Positions 11,396-22,939 of a stretch of DNA of 64,000 nucleotides are shown here, piece after piece. Both the position numbers and the translations under genes were made by a program. The notes under the pieces were generated by a model. The model saw only the letters and a list, made by a program, of their open reading frames with translations. It had not been told where the DNA came from and searched no databases. Origin of the DNA: Deltaproteobacteria bacterium RIFCSPLOWO2_02_FULL_50_16. Its GTDB lineage: Bacteria; UBA10199; 2-02-FULL-50-16. The stretch is from assembly GCA_001798715.1 (NCBI GenBank), contig MGSF01000045.1, positions 18,576-82,575 of the forward strand. The letters are read 5' to 3'. The first letter of the stretch is position 1; each line of letters starts with the position of its first letter.

Positions 11396-12834
11396 GATTT
11401 CCCCGATTTTATGATATTCAGCAGCGCCTCTCTTGTATTCTTTGTAGGATCATCAAGCACTATCTCTAATAGTTGATGCAAAATTCTTCCAACATCAGGA
11501 CCTTCCTGAATTCCAAGATCCATGATGTCATGACCATTGATGGCAAGATCCTTGATGCCAAAAGGGGATTCCTTTTCAATTTCTTGGATGATGCGCTTCT
11601 TTAATTTTTGAATTCCCTTGATACCATCAGGATACTTGCCGCCCCGATTGTCGGCTATTCGCAAGTCGATCAGTTTAAATATGAGATCTTTACCAATTTT
11701 ATTAATGAAGCGACGAATGGCTTTATCGGAAAAAAATGATTTAGTTTGGAACATGTGGTGTTCGATTAAACATGAGACATCTTCAATATTGGCCCCGATA
11801 TGTGAAAGTTTTAATGTGTTAAATCGTTTTATCAACATACGTTTCGAAACAAGCTGATGACCATAGAAGGTAATTTTGTCTTCTTGGGGAAAAAACCGCT
11901 TGGTTTTTGATTTGCCGACATCATGATAGAGGGCCGCCAGCAGGAGATCTAGATTGCCGGAATTTTCAATGGCATTGTCTTTGCGAGCCGCATCCAGGAC
12001 GCGCATTGTATGCTTGAAAACATCGTCATTTTGGATTTTATTGCCCTGTTCCACGTTAATGGTGGCCTCAAGCTCTGGAAATATCTCCTGTAGCAGCCCC
12101 GATTCGTGCATCAGATGGAACCCTTGAGAGGGCTTGTCAGAGGAGAGTAATTTGTTGATTTCCTCAGAAATTCGTTCAGACGATACCGTGCGAATCAGCT
12201 TGTTGTTGCTGATGATCTCCTCCCAAGTCTTTTCTTCGATTTTGAAATTGAATCGTGTGGCGAATTGGATGGCCCTTAACAGACGGAGAGGGTCTTCCTC
12301 AAATGAACCTTTTTGAATGGATCTAATCAGTTTATGATCAATGTCATTTTTGCCCTGATAGGGGTCAATGAACCTTGAGGATCCGATTTCCAAGGCCATC
12401 GCATTGATTGTGAAATCACGTCTTTTTAAATCTTCCTCGATGGGAATATGAGGGTCAAAATCGACGTCAAAATCTCGATGCCCGGATCCGGTGGAACGTT
12501 CCTTCCTTGGAAGGGCGATGTCGAGTTGACAATCGAACTTAGTGCTTTTAAATTTGATGATGCCGAATGATTTTCCAACCAAAGAAACAATTCCATGCCG
12601 GGCCAGAATCTTTTTGATCTCATGAAGCGGTAAACGGCATATCACCAGATCGTAATCTTTGATGTGACGACCCAAAAAGTAATCACGAACACTGCCCCCG
12701 ACCTCAAAAACAACGCCGCCAGATTGTCGCAAATCCTTGATGAAATCGACCGATAAGAAAGGGGAAACAGGTCCCGCATCTTCGATCCTAGTTTTTAATG
12801 TAACTTTCGATTTGGACATGTTTTCTATGGCCAT
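11392..12834 (-). CDS. cca: CCA-adding tRNA nucleotidyltransferase / poly(A) polymerase family with HD domain
   Basis: GGSVRDYFLGRHIKDYDLV nucleotidyltransferase head, RRDFTINAMA, and HD motif YHDVGK. The ORF extends to 12894, but the internal Met at 12834 is more likely because it reduces the overlap with the upstream gene. Confidence 0.8.
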   Translation of the reverse strand: MAIENMSKSKVTLKTRIEDAGPVSPFLSVDFIKDLRQSGGVVFEVGGSVRDYFLGRHIKDYDLVICRLPLHEIKKILARHGIVSLVGKSFGIIKFKSTKFDCQLDIALPRKERSTGSGHRDFDVDFDPHIPIEEDLKRRDFTINAMALEIGSSRFIDPYQGKNDIDHKLIRSIQKGSFEEDPLRLLRAIQFATRFNFKIEEKTWEEIISNNKLIRTVSSERISEEINKLLSSDKPSQGFHLMHESGLLQEIFPELEATINVEQGNKIQNDDVFKHTMRVLDAARKDNAIENSGNLDLLLAALYHDVGKSKTKRFFPQEDKITFYGHQLVSKRMLIKRFNTLKLSHIGANIEDVSCLIEHHMFQTKSFFSDKAIRRFINKIGKDLIFKLIDLRIADNRGGKYPDGIKGIQKLKKRIIQEIEKESPFGIKDLAINGHDIMDLGIQEGPDVGRILHQLLEIVLDDPTKNTREALLNIIKSGKS

Positions 12835-13915
12835 TGAGCCAACGCGAAAAGAAATCGGGATAATGAGGGTTTTGAGTGTTCTGGTCGATATCATTTAAAT
12901 TTTCATCAGATTTGTGTTCGGCAAATTTTAAAACATAATAATTTCCATTCATAAAAACGGGTTTGTCCAGGAAGGGAGCTTGGCTGGACAGGGAAAATAC
13001 CTTGGCGGCTAGATCGTCGGGGATGTCTTTGAAAAAAATTCTATTACTCGTCGTCATGTCAATATTTTCTAAAGATTCCTGGGTCAGATTGTATTTTTTT
13101 AGATATTCTTTGGATAGTTTTTTATCCATCCACTTTTTCTGAATGTCATTGGCAAACTTTTCGGCAAAATCTTGAGACTTGATGTCTTGGATTTTTTGTG
13201 TGGCTAAAATTTCAGGTGAGACACCTTCCACTTGTTTTAATTCGTCTTCGTGTTTTTGCAAGTATGAATGGACCTCATCAGGGGTGATTTCGATAAATTT
13301 TGCCAATGACTTTGGCGGAATCTCAACTTTTTCAAGATTGATTGTTTTTTTGGGATGTTCATTCAGCCACTGGGACTCAACGGGAGACATAAACAGACCG
13401 TTATTGATTGTGTTTTGGAATTGATCGAGAAGGATTTCATCCTTGAGTATCTTTTCGAAATCAACTCCATATTCTCGTTGAAAATAAGGGCGAAAGCTTT
13501 TGCGATAAAATTCAATATCAAAATAGCCATTTTTATTAAGGTTTGGGTTTTTTTTGATTTCTGTTGCTAGTATTTCGGGAGGAATGTCAAATCCCATCAT
13601 GGAGGCAAAATGAGCACGGACTTTCTGGTTGATGAGTTGATTGAGGACATTGCCCTGAATCATGGAAAGTATGCTTTCATTGATCTCGGTGTCTTTCATG
13701 CCGCCTTTTATTTGTTCAAGACTTTGGTTGATGGCTGCATAGTATGATTTTTGTGTAATCCCTTCATCGCCCACTCGGGCGGCTAAGGGTTCATTGCCCA
13801 TGGAGGGGGAGGAGAGTTGGGAGTAGCCAAAGAAAAACATGAAGGTGAGGATGATGGCACCCAGTAGAACTTTAATGACCCAGGAGGCCGCTTTTTTCCG
13901 CATTAAATCAAGCAT
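12788..13915 (-). CDS. Membrane-anchored SurA-N-like periplasmic chaperone (PpiD/SurA family, no obvious PPIase domain)
   Basis: N-terminal transmembrane segment, then a region with SurA_N-like character. 375 aa. Assignment is from sequence feel only. Confidence 0.5.
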   Translation of the reverse strand: MLDLMRKKAASWVIKVLLGAIILTFMFFFGYSQLSSPSMGNEPLAARVGDEGITQKSYYAAINQSLEQIKGGMKDTEINESILSMIQGNVLNQLINQKVRAHFASMMGFDIPPEILATEIKKNPNLNKNGYFDIEFYRKSFRPYFQREYGVDFEKILKDEILLDQFQNTINNGLFMSPVESQWLNEHPKKTINLEKVEIPPKSLAKFIEITPDEVHSYLQKHEDELKQVEGVSPEILATQKIQDIKSQDFAEKFANDIQKKWMDKKLSKEYLKKYNLTQESLENIDMTTSNRIFFKDIPDDLAAKVFSLSSQAPFLDKPVFMNGNYYVLKFAEHKSDENLNDIDQNTQNPHYPDFFSRWLNGHRKHVQIESYIKN

Positions 13916-13952
13916 AGAGATGGTCTGTATGCTATCCGCAGTTGTAGGTTAA

Positions 13953-15074
<1,122 letters not shown>

Positions 15075-15098
15075 ATTGGAAATAATTCTCTAGACTTC

Positions 15099-15953
15099 AT
15101 GCCTTCAATTTTTTCGAAGTTAAAGCGTATTGTATTATCTCTTTTGATTCTGTCATTGATTTTAGGTCTTCTCTCTCAAAGCTCTAAGGTTCAAAAGAGT
15201 TTATCCCCCTCCTTGTATGGGCGTGTTGTCCTCGTGGTTCTTTCGCCCTTTCAAAAATTAATCACTTATAGTCAAAACAAATTTGTTAATTTGGCGAATG
15301 AATACGTTTTTCTAGTCAACACTCAAAGAGAAAATACAATATTGGCGACTCAGATTCGTCAAATGCAAAGAAAGATGTTGTTTTTTCAGTTTGTACAAAT
15401 TGAAAACCAGCGTTTGAGAAGTCTCGTTAATTTTCAGGAGGCCCTTGAGTGGAACTCCATTGTGGCGCAGGTGGTGAGTTATTCACCATTGGCCGAATTT
15501 CAAATGTTGACGATTAACAAAGGGGAGAAAGAGGGTATTCAGCGGCGCATGCCCGTTGTTTCTCAACTAGGATTGGTGGGTCAAATTTATCGTACTACAG
15601 CGCATACCTCTCAAGTTTTGCTCATCACAGATCCCACAAGTGTCGTGGCTGGGGTTATCTTTCCCTCACAGGAAAGGGCCTTGGTTGTTGGCAAGATTGA
15701 CAATGTTGCCTTAGACCGTCCTTTTTATCTTACGCGATTGGAGTATCTGCATCATGACAGCAATGTCAATGAGGGTAATGAGGTGATTACATCAGGAATG
15801 GATGGAGTTTTTCCAAGGGGTATTCCCATTGGTCTTTTGCAAAATATCAGCAAGGACAAATTTGGGATCTATGATTCTGCCAGTCTTGTTCCCCATGTTT
15901 CACTGACCCAATTGACTGAGGTGGTTGTCATCTCCAACAAGAAAGAAGACTGA
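15099..15953 (+). CDS. mreC: Rod shape-determining protein MreC
   Basis: 284 aa, N-terminal transmembrane segment plus coiled coil, downstream of mreB. Confidence 0.85.
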   Translation: MPSIFSKLKRIVLSLLILSLILGLLSQSSKVQKSLSPSLYGRVVLVVLSPFQKLITYSQNKFVNLANEYVFLVNTQRENTILATQIRQMQRKMLFFQFVQIENQRLRSLVNFQEALEWNSIVAQVVSYSPLAEFQMLTINKGEKEGIQRRMPVVSQLGLVGQIYRTTAHTSQVLLITDPTSVVAGVIFPSQERALVVGKIDNVALDRPFYLTRLEYLHHDSNVNEGNEVITSGMDGVFPRGIPIGLLQNISKDKFGIYDSASLVPHVSLTQLTEVVVISNKKED

Positions 15954-15955
15954 TT

Positions 15956-16483
15956 TTGAAGCGGCTTTATTTTTTTATAGTTTTGGGTTTGGTTTCTCTT
16001 GTTGTCGAAACCACCTTTTTAAGGACTTTTCCTACATGGAATATCCGATGTGATTTGATTTGGCTCTCTGTTCTTTTTATTGGTTTTTACCACGAACTTT
16101 GGGAAGGATTGCCCAGTGTGCTTATTTTAGGGCTCATGACGGATTGTATAGCCAGTCCCTTTCTCGGTCTGCTGACAGCGGACTATTTGTGTGTATTTTT
16201 TATTTTGCGGTTGTTGACAGCTCAAATATATGTCGAGGCCCTATTATCAAAAATATTTTGGGTATTCATTATGACTATTTTGGGAAAATATATAGAGTAT
16301 TTGTTGCTGCATTGGATCGATATTCCCATATCCTTACAACCGACATATGTTATTTACATTATCATTCAGGGTGTTTGGAATGGTTTGTTAGCTGTTCTCT
16401 TTTTCCCTTTTCTAAAAAGAGCGATCAGTAGGATTTATAAGAGGGATTATGCCCATTCAGTTTCGTCAAGACAATATTCATGA
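15956..16483 (+). CDS. mreD: Rod shape-determining protein MreD
   Basis: 175 aa polytopic membrane protein in the mreBCD position. Confidence 0.75.
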   Translation: MKRLYFFIVLGLVSLVVETTFLRTFPTWNIRCDLIWLSVLFIGFYHELWEGLPSVLILGLMTDCIASPFLGLLTADYLCVFFILRLLTAQIYVEALLSKIFWVFIMTILGKYIEYLLLHWIDIPISLQPTYVIYIIIQGVWNGLLAVLFFPFLKRAISRIYKRDYAHSVSSRQYS

Positions 16484-18494
16484 ATTTAAAGGACGGTTCA
16501 CCTTTTTTGCCATTGCGACCGTCTTTTTTTTTCTTGTTGTGATGGGTCGCCTTTATTATTTGCAGATATTAAAAGGGGGTTATTATCGTCTATTTTCCAA
16601 TGAAAACACCCTCAAGGAAATCAAGGTGCCCGCCATTAGAGGGATTATATATGATCGCCGGCATGAACCGTTGGTGACCAGCCGATCCTCTTTTGACATC
16701 ACGATGATCCCTCAATATGTCAAGAATTTTGATCAGATGAAAAAGGCATTAAATTTTTTTGCCAATGTTGATCCTGATTTTCTTGACAAAAAATGGAAGG
16801 AATCAAAAGACCTCCCCCCCTTTTTTCCAATAACCGTTGCTCGAGATGTTGATTATGAAAAAATAGCTCAGATTCGCGTTTACCAAGCCCTAGGATTTCA
16901 GGATTCTGATGGGTATGATTTAAGGGGTATTGAAATCGCTTCTAATCCCTTGAGAGATTATCCTAGCGAGGATCTTTTTTCATCCACTCTTGGTTATGTT
17001 CGTGAGATTTCTGCTAATGAATTGTCTCGTTACCAGACTGAGAACCCCGGTCAATATCGTTTAGGAGATTTGGTGGGGGCTTCTGGTATCGAGAAACAAT
17101 GGGATTCTTTTTTGAAGGGCAAGGATGGTTATGTTCAGATTGTTGTGGATGCCGTAGGTCGTGAGATAACCAGCAAAGATGTTATTGAATTTTTACGCCG
17201 CGAACCAGCCCGTCACGGAAACAACCTGATCCTGACTCTTGATAAACGTCTTCAGAAATTTGCCGAAGACCAATTTAAAGACCGATTTGGAGGCATGGTT
17301 GTTCTGAATATTTTTACTGGGGAAATCCTTACCTTTGTCAGCCGCCCTCAATACAATCCCTCGTTGCTTGTCGGCAATGTTTCACCCGATATTTGGAAAC
17401 AATTGTCTGAAGATCCCAATAAACCATTTTTAAATCGTGCTTATCAGTCCTCCTATCCTCCAGGGTCCACCTATAAAATAGTTACAGCCCTAGCGGCCCT
17501 CGAGGAAGGCGTGATCACCCCTACTGACAAGATCTATTGCCCAGGACACTTTAAGTTTGGAAGCGGTTTGTTTAAATGTTGGAAAAGTGCTGGGCATGGT
17601 TCGATGGATATATATCAGGCTATCGTTCAATCTTGTGACGTCTTTTTTTATAATATGGGTGTGCGTTTAGGAGTGGATCGCCTAGCAAAACACGCCAGGA
17701 GCTTGGGTCTGGGGATAAAGACAGGCCTTCGATTGCCTGGGGAACAATCTGGATTGATTCCCACTGAGGCTTGGAAGGAGAGGGTTTATAAACGATCCTG
17801 GAATCCTGGAGAGACCGTATCGGTGGCGATTGGTCAGGGTTATGATCTGGTGACCCCCCTGCAGAATGCCGTTATGATAGCCAATATTGTTAATGAAACA
17901 CATTCTGTTTCTCCCCATTTTGTAAAATCTTTTGAAGATGAAAAGGGAGAAATTTTTCAATCCCCTCCCCTTGAGGATCAGAGGGATCCCAATGCAGAAA
18001 TTGTTTTTCATCAAAAAAAGAATCTTGATCTTATTCGAAATGCCCTGGGTGATGTTGTTAATAGTCCTTGGGGAACGGCCCGTGGTAGCCGATTGCTCGA
18101 TATTGCCTTTGGTGGTAAGACGGGGACGGCACAGGTTATTAGCGAAAAGGGAAGGACGCTGGCTCGAATGCGTGGAGCCAAAGGTAATTTTGAGGACCAT
18201 GCCTGGTTTGTGGCCTTTGCGACTCTGGATCATCCAGAGCTTGCCGTTTCTGTGCTTGTTGAGCACGGAGGACATGGCTCATCAGCGGCAGCACCTATTG
18301 CGAGTGATGTTATTGCCGAGTATTATCGCTTGAAGGCCTTAGAGGGTCCCATGACTGATTCTGGTGTGTTGGATGAGGATTATGTTGCGGACTCTTCCAT
18401 TGAGGGGGAGAGAAATGACATGGAAGAAGTCAATGATACTTATTGGATCCATCATGAGAGGGCTTTAGACATATTATTTCCCGCTGTTGAGTAA
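16449..18494 (+). CDS. mrdA: Penicillin-binding protein 2 (peptidoglycan D,D-transpeptidase)
   Basis: 681 aa. STYK (SxxK), SCD and KTGTA motifs. Confidence 0.9.
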   Translation: MPIQFRQDNIHEFKGRFTFFAIATVFFFLVVMGRLYYLQILKGGYYRLFSNENTLKEIKVPAIRGIIYDRRHEPLVTSRSSFDITMIPQYVKNFDQMKKALNFFANVDPDFLDKKWKESKDLPPFFPITVARDVDYEKIAQIRVYQALGFQDSDGYDLRGIEIASNPLRDYPSEDLFSSTLGYVREISANELSRYQTENPGQYRLGDLVGASGIEKQWDSFLKGKDGYVQIVVDAVGREITSKDVIEFLRREPARHGNNLILTLDKRLQKFAEDQFKDRFGGMVVLNIFTGEILTFVSRPQYNPSLLVGNVSPDIWKQLSEDPNKPFLNRAYQSSYPPGSTYKIVTALAALEEGVITPTDKIYCPGHFKFGSGLFKCWKSAGHGSMDIYQAIVQSCDVFFYNMGVRLGVDRLAKHARSLGLGIKTGLRLPGEQSGLIPTEAWKERVYKRSWNPGETVSVAIGQGYDLVTPLQNAVMIANIVNETHSVSPHFVKSFEDEKGEIFQSPPLEDQRDPNAEIVFHQKKNLDLIRNALGDVVNSPWGTARGSRLLDIAFGGKTGTAQVISEKGRTLARMRGAKGNFEDHAWFVAFATLDHPELAVSVLVEHGGHGSSAAAPIASDVIAEYYRLKALEGPMTDSGVLDEDYVADSSIEGERNDMEEVNDTYWIHHERALDILFPAVE

Positions 18495-18499
18495 GATTT

Positions 18500-19603
18500 A
18501 TGGTGAAAGCACGAACCCGCAGTCATTTTAATTGGCATCTTTTGTGGATCACACTGGCCCTTTGTGTGATCGGCCTCGTCAATCTATTTAGTGCGGGTCA
18601 TATTTGGGGTCAGGAGGGCTATCCTAAGATTTTTACCTCCCAGATGATTTGGATGACTTCAGGTTTCTTTTTGGCAGGATTGATTTTGTTTGTTGATTAT
18701 AGGGTTTTTGAACGCCTGGCCTTTCCTATTTATTGGCTTACGATAGGCGGTTTGATTGCCGTGTTGATTTTTGGGAAGACCGTTGCAGGAAACAAAAACT
18801 GGTTGACTCTCTTTGGTTTGACCTTTCAGCCTTCCGAATTTGCCAAAATCGGTTTTATCTTGGCCATGAGCAAGTATTTGAATATTTATCGTCCTCTCCA
18901 AGGCTTTTCTTTACAGGAGCTCATTAAACCATTTGTTTTTTTTATTATTCCCATGGGGTTAATTCTTATAGCGGGGGATTTGGGGACGGCCTTGTTTTTT
19001 GTATTAACCTTTGCCACCATGATTTTGTTTGCTGGTATCCAGAGAAAGGCCCTGATTACCATGATATTGATGGGGATGGCCTCCATACTATTGGCCTATT
19101 TCTTTCTTTTAAGTCCTTATCAGCGTGGCAGGATTCATACCTTCATTGATCCCAGCCGTGATCCGCGAGGACAGGGATATCACTTGTTGCAATCCAAGAT
19201 TGCCGTAGGATCGGGTCAGTTCTTTGGCAAGGGATACATGAAGGGAATGATGAATAAATTGATGTATATACCTGAAAAACATACTGATTTTATATTTGCT
19301 GTTCTCTTGGAAGAATGGGGATTTTTTGGGGGGATGGTGGTCTTGGGGCTTTATCTGACGATGGTCATGATCGGTATTGATGTGGCCTCCAAGGCCAAGG
19401 AGAGGTTTGGCATTTTTCTCTCTCTAGGGGTTATTGCGCTCATTTTTTGGCAAATAGTCATCAATATTGGGGGTATTTTGGGACTTCTCCCCCTCACAGG
19501 GGTGACCTTGCCCCTGCTTTCCTATGGAGGATCGTCGGTGATCACCATCCTGGCAGGACTGGGTTTTCTCCTCAACATCAGCATGCGGCGGTTTATGTTT
19601 TAA
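18500..19603 (+). CDS. rodA: SEDS-family peptidoglycan glycosyltransferase RodA
   Basis: 367 aa polytopic FtsW/RodA family, immediately after mrdA. Confidence 0.9.
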   Translation: MVKARTRSHFNWHLLWITLALCVIGLVNLFSAGHIWGQEGYPKIFTSQMIWMTSGFFLAGLILFVDYRVFERLAFPIYWLTIGGLIAVLIFGKTVAGNKNWLTLFGLTFQPSEFAKIGFILAMSKYLNIYRPLQGFSLQELIKPFVFFIIPMGLILIAGDLGTALFFVLTFATMILFAGIQRKALITMILMGMASILLAYFFLLSPYQRGRIHTFIDPSRDPRGQGYHLLQSKIAVGSGQFFGKGYMKGMMNKLMYIPEKHTDFIFAVLLEEWGFFGGMVVLGLYLTMVMIGIDVASKAKERFGIFLSLGVIALIFWQIVINIGGILGLLPLTGVTLPLLSYGGSSVITILAGLGFLLNISMRRFMF

Positions 19604-19610
19604 TACCATT

Positions 19611-19704
19611 ATGCCATCAAAAAGATACTTTTTGATGGCATAGGTATAATACCAAGTACGCTTTCAGAACGGTGTTGTACACCGTTTGAAAGCTACTTGG
19701 TATA
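19611..19704. terminator. Two long hairpins between convergent rodA and trxA (candidate bidirectional terminator / REP-like pair)
   Basis: Perfect 14-bp stem ATGCCATCAAAAAG/CTTTTTGATGGCAT, then a ~24-bp near-perfect stem TACCAAGTACGCTTTCAGAACGGTGT/ACACCGTTTGAAAGCTACTTGGTA. Neither has a clean U-tract. Confidence 0.4.
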
Positions 19705-19710
19705 AACCCA

Positions 19711-20043
19711 TCAAGTATTCAATTTATCGATCAATCGCTGTAATTCGGTCTTGGGAACGGACCCAATGGTTTGATCCAGGATTTGTCCGTTTTTGAAGGC
19801 AATGACTGTGGGGATACCGCGCACTCCATACTGGGAAGGCGTTTGAGGGTTGTTGTCGATATTGACCTTGTAGACCTCGATTTTACCGGCATTTTCCTGG
19901 GCAATTTCATCGATCAGAGGGGAGAGGGCCTTACAAGGGGCACACCATTCGGCCCAAAAATCGACCAAAACAGGCTTGGAATTTTTTATAACATCCTTTG
20001 TAAAATTGCTGTCCGAAGTTTCTTTGACTTTATCACTGGCCAT
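19711..20043 (-). CDS. trxA: Thioredoxin
   Basis: WAEWCAPCK active site, 110 aa. Confidence 0.9.
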   Translation of the reverse strand: MASDKVKETSDSNFTKDVIKNSKPVLVDFWAEWCAPCKALSPLIDEIAQENAGKIEVYKVNIDNNPQTPSQYGVRGIPTVIAFKNGQILDQTIGSVPKTELQRLIDKLNT

Positions 20044-20195
20044 CCTGACCTCCTTAATAAAAGTAAAAATGATTCCATAGGACTTTTAATGACTTCCCAG
20101 AAAAAATCAAGTCCAGAAACTATTTTATCTAAGATGTTGATTTTTTAGTGATATATTGCTTTTATCCCTTGGCTTTTTACAACAAGGAGGACACC

Positions 20196-20996
20196 ATGGC
20201 CCCTTGGCTATTTTGGGTGGTTTGTGGGATTTATTTTCTCACGACGCTTGCGTATCTGATGTATGTTGTTTTTGGGACTCGTCATTTAGCGCAGATAGCC
20301 CTCTATTTGCTTCTCATTGGTTTTGGGTTTCATACGGTCTCTTTCTATCACGATGTCATTTCTCAGGGGTATCCCTACCTGTATAACCAAACGGATGCGC
20401 TTCAATTGGTCTCATGGGTCAGTATTATTCTATTTTTGATCCTGAAATCGAAATTTCAGTTTCAGGGCGCGGGGGCTTATTTTACACCTATTGCGCTGAT
20501 TTTCCTGGTTCTCTCCACATTTTATAATACGAGTTATCATTTTGAGGGAAATATTTTGGCTTCACCATGGGTTGTGATTCACTTGTTTCTCGTGTTTATA
20601 GCCTTTGCCATTTTTTTGGCGAGTATGGTGGTGGGGATCATCTTCATCATGATGGAATCCCAGGTAAAGCATAAGCGGATCCGTCTTTTTTTTCAACGCC
20701 TGCCCTCCTTGGACATGCTGGATATCATTCATTATCGTGCCCTCACGGTTGGCTTTATTTTCTTGTCCTTGGGTATCTTGGCAGGCTCGATGCTGTCCAA
20801 GGACATTAGGGGAGTTTATCTCTCTGAAGATCCGAAACAGATTTGGGTGCTCTGCATGTGGTTCTTTTTTGCCATTTTGCTGAATTCCCATTTCAGGTCA
20901 GGGTCAAGGGGACGAAAAGGGATCCTGCTTTCTCTCATTGGTTTTGCAAGTTTTGTTATTCTTGTTTTGGTGTTTTTGAGTATTAGGCATGTCTGA
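20196..20996 (+). CDS. Cytochrome c assembly protein family (CcsA/HemX-like) upstream of hemA
   Basis: Polytopic membrane protein. Strong SD AAGGAGG before the ATG at 20196 (the ORF track starts earlier, at 20148). Classic hemX-hemA arrangement. Confidence 0.7.
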   Translation: MAPWLFWVVCGIYFLTTLAYLMYVVFGTRHLAQIALYLLLIGFGFHTVSFYHDVISQGYPYLYNQTDALQLVSWVSIILFLILKSKFQFQGAGAYFTPIALIFLVLSTFYNTSYHFEGNILASPWVVIHLFLVFIAFAIFLASMVVGIIFIMMESQVKHKRIRLFFQRLPSLDMLDIIHYRALTVGFIFLSLGILAGSMLSKDIRGVYLSEDPKQIWVLCMWFFFAILLNSHFRSGSRGRKGILLSLIGFASFVILVLVFLSIRHV

Positions 20997-22287
20997 GAAT
21001 CATGGTGCCAATATGGATATAAATTTTATTCTTTTGGGCCTTTCCCACAAAACGGCCCCCCTCGAAGTGAGGGAAAAATTATCCATTCCACAGGATCGGA
21101 TTGCTGATCATTTGCGCAGTCTCAATCGTCACAACGAGATTCGTGAGGCGATGATATTGTCCACGTGTAATCGCACGGAAATATATGTAGTGTCTGACAA
21201 TGTTCAACGGGCCTTTGAGATTTTGCTGGAGAAATTTTCTCAATTGGCAACCCATATCAATGTCGATATTGGGCCTTTACTGTATAAATTAGAGGGAAAA
21301 GAGGCCATGAGGCACTTCTTTCATGTTACCTCAAGCCTTGATGCCATGGTGGTGGGGGAAGCTCAAATCTTGGGTCAGGTAAGAGAAGCCTATCTATTGG
21401 CGGAAGGGGCAGGCAGTATTGGCTCATTTTTTCATTATCTTGCGCCTAAGGCCTTCAATGTTGCAAAAAAGATCAGAACGGATACGGAGATTGCAAGACA
21501 TCCTGTTTCGGTAAGTTATGTTGCCGTTCAATTGGCCGAACAAATCTTTGGAGACCTTTTTGATAAAAGTGTTTTACTCATTGGAGCTGGTGAAATGACT
21601 CAGTTGGCAGCACTCCATTTTCAGGAGAAAAAGATTTCTCAGCTCTATTTGACAAATCGTACCCATGAACGCGCTGTCGAGTTGGGCAAGGAATTTTCGG
21701 CAATATCCATTCCATTTGAAAATTTTATTTCTCACATGTCTCATGTTGATATTGTCATCACTTCGACAAGCGCTGAGTCTTACTTGATTTTTGAAAAGGA
21801 TGTTCTAGAGATTATGAAGCAGAGGAAGAACAAAACAATGTTTTTGATCGATATTGCAGTGCCTCGTAATATTGATCCTCGTGTCAATGATGTCTCCAAC
21901 GTATATCTCTATGACCTTGATGATCTTAAGGGCATTGTGGATGAAAATCTCATTGTACGTCAGGGAGAGGCAAAACACGCAGAAGAGATTGTGGATAAGG
22001 AATTGAGTGGTTTTATTCAGTATCTTCGCCAGCAATCGATGGCTCCCACAATTTCTCAATTGTCAAAAAAATTTGAGGCTATTCGTAGGGCCGAGGTTGT
22101 CAAACTATTGTCCAAATCCTTGTCATGGACAGACAACCAAAAAAATGCCATCGATGAGGCAACTCAGGCGATAAAAAACAAGTTTTTGCATGATCCCATT
22201 ATGACCTTGAAAACAGATGGTATTATAGAAGAGGGGCATAGGACGATTGATTTTATCAAACGCCTGTTTCGTTTAGAAGCGGATTGA
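20989..22287 (+). CDS. hemA: Glutamyl-tRNA reductase
   Basis: GLSHKTAPLEVREKL N-terminus, NAD(P)-binding GAGEMT motif, 432 aa. The start may instead be the Met at 21013. Confidence 0.9.
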   Translation: MSENHGANMDINFILLGLSHKTAPLEVREKLSIPQDRIADHLRSLNRHNEIREAMILSTCNRTEIYVVSDNVQRAFEILLEKFSQLATHINVDIGPLLYKLEGKEAMRHFFHVTSSLDAMVVGEAQILGQVREAYLLAEGAGSIGSFFHYLAPKAFNVAKKIRTDTEIARHPVSVSYVAVQLAEQIFGDLFDKSVLLIGAGEMTQLAALHFQEKKISQLYLTNRTHERAVELGKEFSAISIPFENFISHMSHVDIVITSTSAESYLIFEKDVLEIMKQRKNKTMFLIDIAVPRNIDPRVNDVSNVYLYDLDDLKGIVDENLIVRQGEAKHAEEIVDKELSGFIQYLRQQSMAPTISQLSKKFEAIRRAEVVKLLSKSLSWTDNQKNAIDEATQAIKNKFLHDPIMTLKTDGIIEEGHRTIDFIKRLFRLEAD

Positions 22288-22303
22288 TGAAGGGATTGTC
22301 GGT

Positions 22304-22738
22304 ATGACGATTAATGAGAAGGAATTGAAAGAATTGAAGTCAGCGGCCCTCCGGGCAAGGCGATGGGCCTATGCCCCTTATTCGAAAAACCGGTTAGGGG
22401 CGGCCTTGCTTGCCAAGGATGGTCGTATTTTTTCGGCAGGTAATATTGAAAATAGCTGTTATGCCCTGACCGTTTGCGCCGAACGGGCGGTTGCCTATCA
22501 AGCCGTTTCTCAAGGGGTCGTTCATTTCAAGGCCTTGTTGATCTATTCTGACGAAAAAGAACTGATATCCCCCTGCGGGGCCTGTCGTCAGGTCCTCTGG
22601 GAACTTGCCGGAGACATTGAAATCATCATGGTGGGGCCCGGTGCGAGTAGCGCTTGGAAAAAGATTGCCCGCCTTTCAACCCTTTATCCCCATCCTTATA
22701 AGCTGAAAAATTGCCACCGACTCAAGAGAAATAAATAA
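22304..22738 (+). CDS. cdd: Cytidine deaminase
   Basis: CAERAV...PCGACRQ zinc-binding motifs, 144 aa. Confidence 0.85.
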   Translation: MTINEKELKELKSAALRARRWAYAPYSKNRLGAALLAKDGRIFSAGNIENSCYALTVCAERAVAYQAVSQGVVHFKALLIYSDEKELISPCGACRQVLWELAGDIEIIMVGPGASSAWKKIARLSTLYPHPYKLKNCHRLKRNK

Positions 22739-22794
22739 AGCATCATGTAGCACTTTAACCATTTAAAATTTCCTTAATAATTCAGGGTATTTTG

Positions 22795-22822
22795 TTGACA
22801 ATGAAGGTTAAATTGTTATAGA
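22795..22822 (+). promoter_or_regulatory. Candidate sigma70-type promoter for the tRNA-Val/thrS unit
   Basis: TTGACA, a 16-nt spacer, then TATAGA, about 35 nt upstream of the tRNA. Confidence 0.3.
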
Positions 22823-22855
22823 TTTCGATAAGTTATGAGGGTGGTGGGAATGGGG

Positions 22856-22929
22856 GGGCGCATAGCTCAGTTGGTTAGAGTGCTACCTTGACATGGTAGA
22901 GGTCGTAGGTTCGATCCCTACTGCGCCCA
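22856..22929 (+). tRNA. tRNA-Val (anticodon GAC)
   Basis: Hand-folded cloverleaf: acceptor GGGCGCA/TGCGCCC, D-arm GCTC..GAGT, anticodon stem CTACC/GGTAG with loop TTGACAT, T-arm GTAGG TTCGATC CCTAC, discriminator A. CCA is not encoded. Confidence 0.85.
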
Positions 22930-22939
22930 CACAAAGCTC

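Noticed and set aside
19611-19704. Hairpins between rodA and trxA as canonical intrinsic terminators
   Set aside because: Stems are perfect and long, but neither strand has a following U-tract. Annotated only as candidate terminator/REP-like hairpins with reduced confidence.
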